Positions 43,560 to 52,777 of a stretch of DNA of 64,000 nt are shown piece after piece; the stretch's first letter is position 1; each line of letters starts with the position of its first letter. The notes under the pieces are model-generated. The model was not told the DNA's origin. It did not search any database and worked only from the letters and a program-made list of their open reading frames with translations. The DNA is from a bacterium (GTDB taxonomy: Bacteria > Bacteroidota > Bacteroidia > Bacteroidales > WCHB1-69): positions 9,213-73,212 of the forward strand of contig CAVIJD010000003.1 of the NCBI GenBank assembly GCA_963643165.1. The letters are read 5' to 3'. Position numbers and translations under genes: made by a program.

Positions 43560-43838
43560 ATGAGTCGTTCATTAAAAAAAGGTCCTTATATTCATTACAA
43601 ACTGGAACAACGTGTGATTGCCGCTCAGGAATCCGGCAAGAAAAGCACTATCAAGACCTGGTCTCGCGCCTCGATGATCTCTCCCGACTTCGTCGGTCTG
43701 ACTATCGCTGTGCATAACGGCAATAAGTTCATTCCTGTCTATGTTACTGAAAATATGGTCGGTCATAAACTCGGCGAGTTCGCCCCGACACGTATCTTCA
43801 GAGGACACGCAGGAAGCAAGGACAAGGGCTCCAGATAA
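43560..43838 (+). CDS. rpsS: 30S ribosomal protein S19
   Basis: 92 aa; [15 protein letters not shown]...[46 protein letters not shown]. Confidence 0.95.
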   Translation: MSRSLKKGPYIHYKLEQRVIAAQESGKKSTIKTWSRASMISPDFVGLTIAVHNGNKFIPVYVTENMVGHKLGEFAPTRIFRGHAGSKDKGSR

Positions 43839-43897
43839 TTCCTGAAGATTATTTTCTTCAATCTTTCGACAAATTACATTTTTTTGGAATTTATTAT

Positions 43898-43940
43898 AAA
43901 GAGAGAACCGTTTTGAGGTTCTCTCTTTGTCTGTTTTCTG
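43898..43940 (+). terminator. Rho-independent terminator directly after rpsS
   Basis: AAAGAGAGAACC(43898-43909) GTTTTGA GGTTCTCTCTTT(43917-43928), followed by GTCTGTTTTCTG. Confidence 0.7.
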
Positions 43941-44052
43941 TTGCACCAATCTTCCAAAAACCTTCCCGCAATCCGTTTTACGACTTCTGATTACGTGGAT
44001 AACTGCCATGCGCTCAGTTATTTGATTTTTTTGGCAGTATGAAAAAAATATG

Positions 44053-44060
44053 TATTTTTG
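44053..44060 (+). promoter_or_regulatory. -7 promoter box TATTTTTG for acpP
   Basis: Exact TAnnTTTG, 26 nt upstream of the ATG at 44086. Confidence 0.5.
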
Positions 44061-44085
44061 CAGCCTATTTTTAAAACAATAAACT

Positions 44086-44328
44086 ATGTCAGAAATTTTA
44101 GAAAAAGTACAATCCATCATTGCAGAAAAATTAAGTGTTGACGCTGCTGATGTAACGCCAGAGAAGAGTTTCACGAATGACCTCGGCGCTGACTCCCTTG
44201 ATACGGTCGAACTGATTATGGAATTTGAAAATGTTTTTGGCATTAAGATTCCTGATGAAGAAACCGAGAAGATTACCACAGTGGGCGACGCAGTCTCCTA
44301 TATCGAAAATAAACTTTCTTCTAAATAG
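44086..44328 (+). CDS. acpP: Acyl carrier protein
   Basis: 80 aa. [16 protein letters not shown] contains the phosphopantetheine-attachment serine. Confidence 0.95.
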   Translation: MSEILEKVQSIIAEKLSVDAADVTPEKSFTNDLGADSLDTVELIMEFENVFGIKIPDEETEKITTVGDAVSYIENKLSSK

Positions 44329-44361
44329 GTTTAGCGTTACCTTTTCTACACTCTCTCTTTA

Positions 44362-45615
44362 ATGAAGCTCAAACGAGTAGTCGTTACCGGCTTGGGGGCT
44401 ATTACACCCGTCGGCAATGATGTATCTGAATATTGGCAGGCGCTCCTGAACGGCGTTTCAGGAGCTGCCACTATTACACACTTCAACCCCGAGAAATTCA
44501 AAACTCAATTCGGGTGCGAAATAAAGAGCTTCAACGCCTTGGATTACCTTAATCCAAAGGAGGTCCAAAGGATGGACCCTTGCGCCCAATATGCTATGGT
44601 TACCGCCATACAAGCGCTGCGCGACTCGGGTCTCAATCTGGATAATATGGACAAAACAAGAATAGGAGCCATCTACGGAACAGGCGTAGGCGGCTTCTCT
44701 TCTATTATGGCTGGGGCTAACACTTTCTTTGAGAACGGCAATACACCCCGTTTTAGCCCTTACTTGATTATCAGGGTGCTGTCGGATATGGTTGCCGGCT
44801 ACATTTCGTTGAAGTTCGGTCTGAAAGGCCCGGCTTACGTGACCAGCTCCGCCTGCGCCTCGTCCGGCAATGCCATTGGCGACGCTTTGCGCCTGATCCA
44901 ATGCGGCAACGCCGACGTGATGTTTACCGGCGGCACGGAGGCCAGCATCGTCGAAACAGCCATCGGAGGCTTTGACGCTATGCACGCACTCTCTGTCCGC
45001 AACGACGAACCCCAAAAAGCCTCGCGCCCCTTTGACGTGCAACGCGACGGCTTTGTGATGGGCGAGGGCTCCGCAACCCTCATCCTGGAGGAAATGGAAC
45101 ACGCCATCGCCCGCGGTGCTACCATCTATGCCGAACTCGGCAGTGTGGGCATGTCTGCCGACGCCTACCACGCTACCGCCCCCGACCCGAACGGCGGCGG
45201 CGCCATCCTCTCGATGGAACAAGCACTCCGCGCCGCTGATGTCAAACCCGAAGAGGTTGACTATATCAATATGCACGCCACCTCAACCCCACTCGGCGAT
45301 ATCTCCGAATGTGTGGCCATACAGAAGGTCTTCGGCGAACACGCTCGCAAGATGACTTTCAATTCCACCAAATCGATGACCGGACACTTGCTCGGTGCCA
45401 GCGGCGCCATCGAAAGTATTGCCGTCATCCTTTCCATACGTGACGGCATTATGCACCCCACCATCAATCTTGAGCGCCTTGACCCTAAATTGCCGCAAGA
45501 CTGGAATTATGCTGCTAACACTACCGTTAGACGTGAGGTTAATGTGGGCATTACCAACTCTTTCGGCTTCGGCGGTCACAATGTCTCCGTGCTTTTTAAA
45601 AAATTTAAACCCTGA
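44362..45615 (+). CDS. fabF: Beta-ketoacyl-ACP synthase II
   Basis: 417 aa. It has the active-site SSACASS, MHATSTPLGD and the C-terminal NSFGFGGHN. Confidence 0.93.
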   Translation: MKLKRVVVTGLGAITPVGNDVSEYWQALLNGVSGAATITHFNPEKFKTQFGCEIKSFNALDYLNPKEVQRMDPCAQYAMVTAIQALRDSGLNLDNMDKTRIGAIYGTGVGGFSSIMAGANTFFENGNTPRFSPYLIIRVLSDMVAGYISLKFGLKGPAYVTSSACASSGNAIGDALRLIQCGNADVMFTGGTEASIVETAIGGFDAMHALSVRNDEPQKASRPFDVQRDGFVMGEGSATLILEEMEHAIARGATIYAELGSVGMSADAYHATAPDPNGGGAILSMEQALRAADVKPEEVDYINMHATSTPLGDISECVAIQKVFGEHARKMTFNSTKSMTGHLLGASGAIESIAVILSIRDGIMHPTINLERLDPKLPQDWNYAANTTVRREVNVGITNSFGFGGHNVSVLFKKFKP

Positions 45616-45620
45616 AGTCT

Positions 45621-46307
45621 ATGGAACATTCGGTAAAGGAGATTCGGACCTATTTCCGCAATGTTTTCGGTTTCAGGATTAAACATCCGGATTTGTACAG
45701 AACGGCCCTCACACACCGGTCGGCGGCCAACGTTGATGCGTTTTGCGGCCGTCTGAATAACGAAAGACTCGAATACCTCGGCGATGCGGTTTTGGGTGCC
45801 GTCGTGGCCGATTTTCTTTTCCATAAATACCCTCTCGAGGATGAAGGCTCGCTTACCCGTATGCGTTCAAAACTGGTGAACCGCAACCGGCTTAATGCCC
45901 TCGCCTGCAAGATTGGCCTCCACGATATGATCCGTATCCATGCCAACGCCGCGGCAGTTTATGCCGACGGCAATGCCTTTGAGGCTGTGGTAGGTGCCAT
46001 CTATGTTGACCAAGGCTTCAAGAAGACGTACAATATCCTTATCAACAACATCTTCCTTGTTCATCTGGATATTGATGCCATCCATGAGGTGGATGATGAT
46101 TATAAGAGCCGTATCTTGATTTGGGCCCAGAAAAATAAGCATACCGTCCACTTTACCTCAGAGTTGATTAAAAAAGAACGTCAATACCGTTCTTGTCTTA
46201 CCATAAATGGCCAACCCTATACCGAGGGCATGGGCATCTCGGTAAAAAAAGCAGAACAGGCCGCAGCCGAGAAGGCGCTGCAAAAGATGCACGAATCCAA
46301 CGACTGA
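45621..46307 (+). CDS. rnc: Ribonuclease III
   Basis: 228 aa. It has the signature NERLEYLGDAVLG and a C-terminal dsRBD (GISVKKAEQAAAEKAL). Confidence 0.9.
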   Translation: MEHSVKEIRTYFRNVFGFRIKHPDLYRTALTHRSAANVDAFCGRLNNERLEYLGDAVLGAVVADFLFHKYPLEDEGSLTRMRSKLVNRNRLNALACKIGLHDMIRIHANAAAVYADGNAFEAVVGAIYVDQGFKKTYNILINNIFLVHLDIDAIHEVDDDYKSRILIWAQKNKHTVHFTSELIKKERQYRSCLTINGQPYTEGMGISVKKAEQAAAEKALQKMHESND

Positions 46308-46321
46308 CAGTCGCCCGTGTT

Positions 46322-47803
46322 ATGAATGCCCAAAGATTTTCCGCTCTTTCCAAAACGCTGAAGTCTGTTCTCACGAGCGTCCCCTTCTATGTGTTGCTAT
46401 TTGCGCTTTTGCGCCTCTACGGGATAACCAATCCGCCGCTCGAAACCGGTCATAACTGGCGGCAGATCACGGGACTGATGGTGGCACGCAACTTCTATGA
46501 AACGGATGCCAATATCTTCTATCCCCGCGTTGACGACTGTGGCGACCGTGAGGGCATTGTGGCTATGGAGTTTCCCTCGCTCAATTATCTGCACTACCTT
46601 GTGTCGAGTCTGTTCGGTTACAGCGACTGGTACGGAAGGCTTATCAACCTCGCTGTTTCTTCGTTAGGCGTTCTGTTTTTCGCCAAATTGTTGCAATTGG
46701 TTGGCTTCTCCCGAAAGATGGTGTTGCTGTCGGCACTCTTTCTGCTCTCTTCAATCTGGTTTTCATTCTCACGCAAAATGATGCCCGACACCTACTGTAT
46801 CTCGCTGATGTTCATAGGCGTGTATTTTGCAGGCCGCTATCTGCAGCAGGGCAGGCGTTACGATGTGCTTCTGTTTGTCCTCTTTGCCTCGTTGGCTTCC
46901 CTTTCCAAGATTCCGGCGGCGATTTATTTCATATACCTCATTCCACTCCTGTTCTCACGCTCAATTGAACGCAAAAGACTGCTCAATGTTTTCATGGCTT
47001 CAGCCGTGCCCGTCGCCTTGTCGCTTTTCTGGTATTTTGGCTGGAATCAAAAGTTGGTTCACGATTATCACAACTGGTACAATACGGGTGTGCCGTTTCT
47101 GTACGGATTGAAAGATTGTGCCCGTCATCTTCCGCAAATCCTGCACCGCTTCTGTTTTGACGCCTTTTGCGGCTACGTCGGGTTCTTCTTGTCCTTGGCC
47201 GGAATGGTTCTTATGTTCCTACGTGGTGACCGCAAGATGATGACTTTGTCACTTTGTCCGTTTGCTGTTTTCGTGCTTTACATCATCAAGGCGGGGAGCA
47301 GTTTCTATGACCAGAACTACTATATGATACCTTTTGTGCCAGTAATGGCAACGTTGGCGGCCTACGCGCTGACTTCAGTCCGGCTAAAATGGGTGGTTCC
47401 TATATTGGCGGCAGCCGTTGTCACCGAAGGCATTGCCAACCAGCATCACGACTTCATCCTAAAAGAAGAGACCTGCCATCTCCTCAAGCTCGAAAAAATA
47501 ATGGACAAATACAGCAGTAGGCAAGATATTCTCATCGTAAATGGTGACGGAAACGGGCAGATGCTTTATTTCGCCCATCGGAAAGGCTGGTCGTGCCGTG
47601 GCAGCGAGATTGCTGAAAAACTCCGAGTAGTGTCCCTGAACAACCATGAATTGAGAGTCCGTTATTTTGTCGTGCTCGACAAGCACAAACCGTCAATACC
47701 CTCGATTGACTTGTCTGTAGTGTATGAAGATGAAGACTTTATCGTCTATGCTTATTTGTCGGAGAATGAGAAAATGGACTTCTCAAAATGCTCGCGGGCA
47801 TAG
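46322..47803 (+). CDS. ArnT/PMT-like GT-C glycosyltransferase (family 39/83-like)
   Basis: ORF 46193..47803. The likely start is the ATG at 46322, just after the rnc stop. It is polytopic, with [27 protein letters not shown] at the N-terminus. The 3' end overlaps the clpX 3' end by 52 nt. Confidence 0.65.
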   Translation: MNAQRFSALSKTLKSVLTSVPFYVLLFALLRLYGITNPPLETGHNWRQITGLMVARNFYETDANIFYPRVDDCGDREGIVAMEFPSLNYLHYLVSSLFGYSDWYGRLINLAVSSLGVLFFAKLLQLVGFSRKMVLLSALFLLSSIWFSFSRKMMPDTYCISLMFIGVYFAGRYLQQGRRYDVLLFVLFASLASLSKIPAAIYFIYLIPLLFSRSIERKRLLNVFMASAVPVALSLFWYFGWNQKLVHDYHNWYNTGVPFLYGLKDCARHLPQILHRFCFDAFCGYVGFFLSLAGMVLMFLRGDRKMMTLSLCPFAVFVLYIIKAGSSFYDQNYYMIPFVPVMATLAAYALTSVRLKWVVPILAAAVVTEGIANQHHDFILKEETCHLLKLEKIMDKYSSRQDILIVNGDGNGQMLYFAHRKGWSCRGSEIAEKLRVVSLNNHELRVRYFVVLDKHKPSIPSIDLSVVYEDEDFIVYAYLSENEKMDFSKCSRA

Positions 47804-48993
47804 TCCAGGGTCACTGACATCTTGCGGCGATTAGAGCTGGGGAAATCGTACATGGCATCGGTCATAATCTTCTCCACGATTGCTCTCAGGCCGCGTGCGC
47901 CGAGTTTCAAATCGATGGCTTTCTGAACCATATAGTCCAACGCTTCGTCTTCGAAGACAAGGTTTATGCCGTCCATCTTGAAAAGTTTCACATACTGTTT
48001 CACCAAAGCGTTCTTGGGTTTGGTGAGGATTTGTTTCAAGGCGGGGGCGTCGAGCGGATTCAGGGACGTGATGACGGGGAAGCGTCCGCACAATTCCGGA
48101 ATCAGCCCGAATTGCTTGATATCTTGAGCCGAAACATACTTCAGCATATTCGACTTGTCAATAGTGCGGTTTTTCTTGTTGTAGCCGATGGCGTTGGTGT
48201 TCATGCGTTCGCTGATAATCTGTGGCAGATTGTTGAACGCACCGCTGGCGATGAACAGGATATGCTGGGTGTTGATTTGAATGAACTCCTGTTCAGGATG
48301 TTTTCGGCCTCCTTGTGGCGGCACATTCACCATTGAGCCCTCCAGCAGTTTGAGCAGCGACTGTTGAACGCCCTCGCCGGAGACATCGCGGGTGATGGAC
48401 GGGTTGTCAGCGCCTTTGCGTGCAATCTTGTCAATCTCGTCGATGAAGACGATGCCGCGTTCCGCGCTGGCAACGTCATAGTTGGCGGCCTGCAGCAGAC
48501 GGGTAAGGATGCTTTCCACATCTTCGCCCACATAGCCGGCTTCGGTAAAGACCGTTGCGTCGGCTATGCAGAACGGCACGTCCAGCAATTTGGCTATCGT
48601 CCGGGCCAGCAATGTCTTCCCTGTGCCCGTGTCGCCAATCATCAAGATGTTCGACTTCTCAATTTCCACCTCCTTGTCATCTTTGGAGGTGTCCTGAAGC
48701 AGGCGTTTGTAGTGGTTATAAACGGCCACGGCGATAACCTTCTTGGCCTCGTCCTGACCTATGACATACTCGTCAAGTTTAGCCTTGATCTCGTGTGGTT
48801 TGAGCAAGTTGACTTTCAGAGAGGCAAGCGACTTTTCCTTCATCCGCAACTCCCGTTTGAGCACGACTTCATGGATGACATCGGCGCAGTCTGGGCAAAT
48901 CGCTGCCGACAATCCGGTTATCAGTACCTCATCGTTAGAGACGTAACGCCCGCAGAAACTGCAGACCCTGTCGTTCAGTTTATTCTTGGCCAT
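47752..48993 (-). CDS. clpX: ATP-dependent Clp protease ATP-binding subunit ClpX
   Basis: 413 aa. It has the zinc ribbon CSFCGR...CPDC, Walker A GDTGTGKT and Walker B VFIDEIDK. Confidence 0.95.
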   Translation of the reverse strand: MAKNKLNDRVCSFCGRYVSNDEVLITGLSAAICPDCADVIHEVVLKRELRMKEKSLASLKVNLLKPHEIKAKLDEYVIGQDEAKKVIAVAVYNHYKRLLQDTSKDDKEVEIEKSNILMIGDTGTGKTLLARTIAKLLDVPFCIADATVFTEAGYVGEDVESILTRLLQAANYDVASAERGIVFIDEIDKIARKGADNPSITRDVSGEGVQQSLLKLLEGSMVNVPPQGGRKHPEQEFIQINTQHILFIASGAFNNLPQIISERMNTNAIGYNKKNRTIDKSNMLKYVSAQDIKQFGLIPELCGRFPVITSLNPLDAPALKQILTKPKNALVKQYVKLFKMDGINLVFEDEALDYMVQKAIDLKLGARGLRAIVEKIMTDAMYDFPSSNRRKMSVTLDYAREHFEKSIFSFSDK

Positions 48994-48996
48994 AAA

Positions 48997-49674
48997 CTAT
49001 TGGCGGTCTTTAGAGAGTATCTGGTCAATCAGTCCGTACTCTTTGGCTTCGGCAGCGATCATCCAATGGTCGCGGTCGCAGTCTTTCCAGACCTGTTCAA
49101 AATCTTTGCCGGTATGTTCTGCAATGATTTCGTACAGTTCCCTTTTGATCTTCATAATCTCTTGAGCCTCAATCTCGATGTCAGAAGCCTGTCCTTGGGC
49201 GCCGCCCATAGGTTGGTGAATCATCACGCGGGAGTGGGGCAGGGCAAAACGTTTGCCTTTGGCGCCGGCGCAGAGAATCACGGCTGCCATAGATGCGGCC
49301 ATGCCTGTGCAGATAGTCGAAACGTCCGGTTTGATGTACTGAATCGTGTCATAGATGCCGAGACCGGAATAAACTTGTCCTCCGGGACTGTTCAGGTAAA
49401 TCTGGATGTCTCTGTCAGGGTCCTGAGATTCAAGAAAGAGCAGCTGCGCTTGAATGATATTTGCGACATCATCGTCAATGGGCACGCCTAAGAAAATGAT
49501 GCGTTCTTTCATCAGACGCGAGAACACATCCAGTTGGGTGATGTTCATCGGACGCTCTTCAATGATGTAGGGCGTGATGTAGTTGCGTGTCATCGAGACA
49601 TAACTGTCCATTTTCATGCTGCTGATGCCATGTTGCTTCAGCGCATACTTTCTGAATTCATCGTTAATCATCAT
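48997..49674 (-). CDS. clpP: ATP-dependent Clp protease proteolytic subunit
   Basis: 225 aa. [15 protein letters not shown] (Ser) and MIHQPMGG (His) are present. Confidence 0.95.
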   Translation of the reverse strand: MMINDEFRKYALKQHGISSMKMDSYVSMTRNYITPYIIEERPMNITQLDVFSRLMKERIIFLGVPIDDDVANIIQAQLLFLESQDPDRDIQIYLNSPGGQVYSGLGIYDTIQYIKPDVSTICTGMAASMAAVILCAGAKGKRFALPHSRVMIHQPMGGAQGQASDIEIEAQEIMKIKRELYEIIAEHTGKDFEQVWKDCDRDHWMIAAEAKEYGLIDQILSKDRQ

Positions 49675-49677
49675 GTA

Positions 49678-51153
49678 TTATTGTTCTGTGGTTTTCTTTG
49701 TTCGCTTTGCGGCAGTCTTTTTTGGCTTTGCGGCAGTCTCTTCAGCGCTCTCTTCTGTCTTTTCTTCAGCCTTGGCCTCAGATTTCTTGGCAGCGCTTTT
49801 CTTCGGAGCTTCTTCTTCCTCTTTGGTCTCGGCCTTCTTGTCGCGTCCTACAAGCAGGTCAACAAATGCTTCAATGTTGCCCTCTTGTGCTTTCAAATTC
49901 AGTTTAGAGCGGAAAAGTTTGACCAATTTTCCGTCATAGAGCAGGTCATACACATTCTTGAGGTTCTCTTTGTTCTCCATTGCCTGCTTCACCAGTTCCT
50001 CAATTCTGGGCGCAACATCTTCAGCATTGAAGTTTGCGAAATAGTTGTTGATGAAATACTGGCGGAAATAATCCTTCACCTCATCGGCACTGACGCGCAC
50101 GTCTTCACCCTCAACCATTTTTTCCTCGATGATCTGCCACTTGATTGACTTTTTGAATTCGTCAAATTGCGTATTGAGTTTCTCTTCCGTCATGTCTTTC
50201 TGTACGAGGCGGATATAGCGTTTAATGAACTCATCGGGCAATTCAACTTCGACGTTGTTCACGAGCATTTCGACAGCATCGTTCATGAACTTGCGGTCTA
50301 TCTCTTGGGCATATTGTTGTTGGAAAACAGCAATCACGTTGTCTTTCAGCTGCTCTTCGTTCGTCACAGAGCCGTCCGGGTAGGCTTTTTTGTAGAACTC
50401 TTCGTTGATTTCGGCGAGTTCAATCCGTCCGATGTGGCTTATTGTCAATTCATAAGTGTAGTCGTTGCCCTCTTCAAGATCTTTGGCGTCGATATGGAGG
50501 AAATGGGCAAGAGCATAGTTGTTGTTGAATGCTTGTCTTAAAGAAATCGCCACCTTGTCGCCAATCTTCTTCCCTACAAACTCTTTGCAGGCATCGGGAG
50601 TGAGTTGTTCGAGTGCGATATAGCTTTCCTTGCCTTCGCCATATTTGACAGACACATTGTCGCCGGCCTCGATCGTTTCAGGCTCCATATAGTTGCCGTG
50701 GCGTTTGCGGAGATTGTCGATGTATTTCGTGCAGTCTTCGTCTGACGGGACTATCTTGAAATTGATGATCTCGGGCAGTTTTGCATAATCGATGTTCACT
50801 TCCGGGGCAAGTGCATATTCATAAACGAACTCAAAGTTGTCGGCGGCGTCGAAGTCGGCATTTGTCTTGCCTTCAACCGGGATAGGCTCGAAGATGTACT
50901 TGACGTTGTTGTCCTTCATGAACTTGTCCATATTTTCGTTGACAAGTCTGTCGATTTCCTGAACAAGAAGGGACTTCTCGTACATTTTCTTCACCATGCC
51001 CATCGGGGCGTTGCCGGGGCGGAAGCCCGGAATCTGCACGTTCCGTCTTTGTTTTCTCAGGGCAGCCTCGAGACTGGCTGCATAGTCTTCCTTGTTGATT
51101 TCAAACGTCACTTCCTGCACCTGGCCAGGAACATTCTCATGCTTAATATTCAT
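49678..51153 (-). CDS. tig: Trigger factor with a Lys/Ala/Glu-rich C-terminal tail
   Basis: 491 aa. The N-terminal ribosome-binding signature (IPGFRPGNAPMGMVKK) is present, and the tig-clpP-clpX order is classical. The last 55 aa or so are low complexity (KKAETKEEEEAPKKSAAKKSEAKAEEK...). Confidence 0.9.
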   Translation of the reverse strand: MNIKHENVPGQVQEVTFEINKEDYAASLEAALRKQRRNVQIPGFRPGNAPMGMVKKMYEKSLLVQEIDRLVNENMDKFMKDNNVKYIFEPIPVEGKTNADFDAADNFEFVYEYALAPEVNIDYAKLPEIINFKIVPSDEDCTKYIDNLRKRHGNYMEPETIEAGDNVSVKYGEGKESYIALEQLTPDACKEFVGKKIGDKVAISLRQAFNNNYALAHFLHIDAKDLEEGNDYTYELTISHIGRIELAEINEEFYKKAYPDGSVTNEEQLKDNVIAVFQQQYAQEIDRKFMNDAVEMLVNNVEVELPDEFIKRYIRLVQKDMTEEKLNTQFDEFKKSIKWQIIEEKMVEGEDVRVSADEVKDYFRQYFINNYFANFNAEDVAPRIEELVKQAMENKENLKNVYDLLYDGKLVKLFRSKLNLKAQEGNIEAFVDLLVGRDKKAETKEEEEAPKKSAAKKSEAKAEEKTEESAEETAAKPKKTAAKRTKKTTEQ

Positions 51154-51238
51154 ACTGAAACTATATAATTATTCATAATAAAAGACATACAGCACCGCCG
51201 GGTGTTGCATGTCCCTAAATTTCCGTTAAAGTGTTGCG

Positions 51239-51538
51239 TTACTCTTGGGTTTCCGTATCGCTGTCATTTTGGGTCTGCTCTGTAGGGTAATTGTTGGCGT
51301 TCAGAGATTTAACTTCGCTTTTTGACATAAAAGCACATACAAAACAGAGAACCATGATGAACGTAGCAATTCCCCAGGTTGCCTTCTCGAGGACATCGGC
51401 CGTTTTGCGCACGCCCATAATCTGGTTTGACGAGGCGAAATTGGATGCGAGGCCGCCGCCTTTGGAGTTCTGGATTAAAATCACAAAAGCCAGCACCACG
51501 CAGGCCAAAATGATCAATATGATACAAAGTGTAAACAT
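51239..51538 (-). CDS. secG: Preprotein translocase subunit SecG
   Basis: 99 aa with two TM helices; LIQNSKGGGLASNFASSNQIMG is the SecG signature. Confidence 0.85.
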   Translation of the reverse strand: MFTLCIILIILACVVLAFVILIQNSKGGGLASNFASSNQIMGVRKTADVLEKATWGIATFIMVLCFVCAFMSKSEVKSLNANNYPTEQTQNDSDTETQE

Positions 51539-51568
51539 TGCTTTTAATTTACTGTTTAATATTACGTT

Positions 51569-52201
51569 TTAATTTATTTCGTCTTGAATTTCCTGCTCTT
51601 TTTGCAGTTTTTCAATTTGGGCTGCAAAGTAACGATTTTTTTCTGGAAAATGCAACTTTAAAATTTCGTACATCTGCACCGCCTTGCCGTAGCATCCCTG
51701 CTCTGCATAAATCTTTGCCAATGTTTCACTTACGATATTCGGATCCTCTTCAAGACTGTCGGCTCCGTAATTGGCTTCCGCGTCGTGCGTTTCAGGTGAG
51801 TAGATGATTTTAGGAGCATCTTTAGAAAATTTTTCAATCAGCTGGTCAATCAGTTCCTGCCGTTGGTTGTGGTTCTCTGAGGGATGGCGCACAAAAACAG
51901 GCTGGGAGCCGGGTTGCCTTGACTCTTTGGGCGCCGCCGTCTGCAACACGTTCATCCGTGGCCTTTCTGTCTGCACTACAGGCTCGAACTCTGCCGAAAA
52001 CTGATAGAAACGGTGCCTGTCTGACAACGTGAGCAACATTCTGTTGCGGTTGCGCGACAATATCCTGGCCGACAATAGTTTGAGACAAAAGAAACTGACC
52101 ATCGACGAAGCCGGGTACTTCTTCTGCAGGTCGAGTAGCGTCTGTTTTGCCTCTTCTTTGTCTTTGACGCTGACAAAATCGTTGAAAAATATCCTATTCA
52201 T
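51569..52201 (-). CDS. Hypothetical protein (TPR-like C-terminal helix pair)
   Basis: ORF 51569..52225 begins at a TTG; the ATG at 52201 (MNRIFFNDF...) is more likely. The C-terminal LAKIYAEQGCYGKAVQMYEILKLHFPEK is TPR-like. It lies between the lptE-like gene and secG. Confidence 0.55.
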   Translation of the reverse strand: MNRIFFNDFVSVKDKEEAKQTLLDLQKKYPASSMVSFFCLKLLSARILSRNRNRMLLTLSDRHRFYQFSAEFEPVVQTERPRMNVLQTAAPKESRQPGSQPVFVRHPSENHNQRQELIDQLIEKFSKDAPKIIYSPETHDAEANYGADSLEEDPNIVSETLAKIYAEQGCYGKAVQMYEILKLHFPEKNRYFAAQIEKLQKEQEIQDEIN

Positions 52202-52258
52202 TGCTGTAAACCAAGCAGGCGGCAAAGATACAAAAATTCGTTCACGGCACTGCGCTGT

Positions 52259-52777
52259 TTACCAATTGACGAAGGCTTTGTTGAATATGTCGTCTGTCAA
52301 CGCTTCGTTGATCTCTTCGACTAGCGAGTTTTCCACGCTGCTCAAGTTCCTGGAACTCGAATAGTCGGCATAGCGCGAGAATGTCTGCTCAAAATTCTGC
52401 GTCTCGTCGAACTTGTTGGTGAAGCGCACTTTGACGGTCACTGTGAGCCTGTTCATGGCCGGTGTGTCGTTGCCTTGAATGGCGACAGGTGAGACGGAAT
52501 AGCCGGTGATTTCGCCCTCGATGGCATAGTCGCCTTGCGCGCTCACAATCGTCAAGGGGGTTTGCCCCTGTATCTTGTCTTTGAGTGCGGTGGTGAACGA
52601 CTGGCTCAAGGAGGGGTTCACGAGCGAGGCGTTGTTGCGGAACGTTGTAATCTCCACGGTCTTGGCACGCGGGTCTATCGTGCCGCCTGTCAATGAAATA
52701 GACATCCTGCATCCAGTTATGCACGTCAGAAGAAAAGTGCATAGCAGTGCCGTTCGAGATAATTTCCTACAGCCCAT
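52259..52777 (-). CDS. LptE-like LPS-assembly lipoprotein
   Basis: The true start is the ATG at 52777 (MGCRKLSRTALLCTFLLTCITGC lipobox). The upstream 64 aa of the ORF overlap the sigma-54 activator gene. The call rests on size, the lipoprotein signal and position. Confidence 0.55.
   Translation of the reverse strand: MGCRKLSRTALLCTFLLTCITGCRMSISLTGGTIDPRAKTVEITTFRNNASLVNPSLSQSFTTALKDKIQGQTPLTIVSAQGDYAIEGEITGYSVSPVAIQGNDTPAMNRLTVTVKVRFTNKFDETQNFEQTFSRYADYSSSRNLSSVENSLVEEINEALTDDIFNKAFVNW

Noticed and set aside
43572-44279. 235-aa minus-strand ORF spanning rpsS, the spacer and acpP
   Set aside because: It runs antisense through two highly conserved genes, two terminators and a promoter box. 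It is an AT-rich chance ORF.
48364-50148. 375-aa and 204-aa + strand ORFs opposite clpX, clpP and tig
   Set aside because: They are antisense to three canonical genes. The apparent TM-like stretch (FCGFLCSLCGSLFWLCGSLF) is the reverse complement of the Lys/Ala/Glu repeat of the tig tail.
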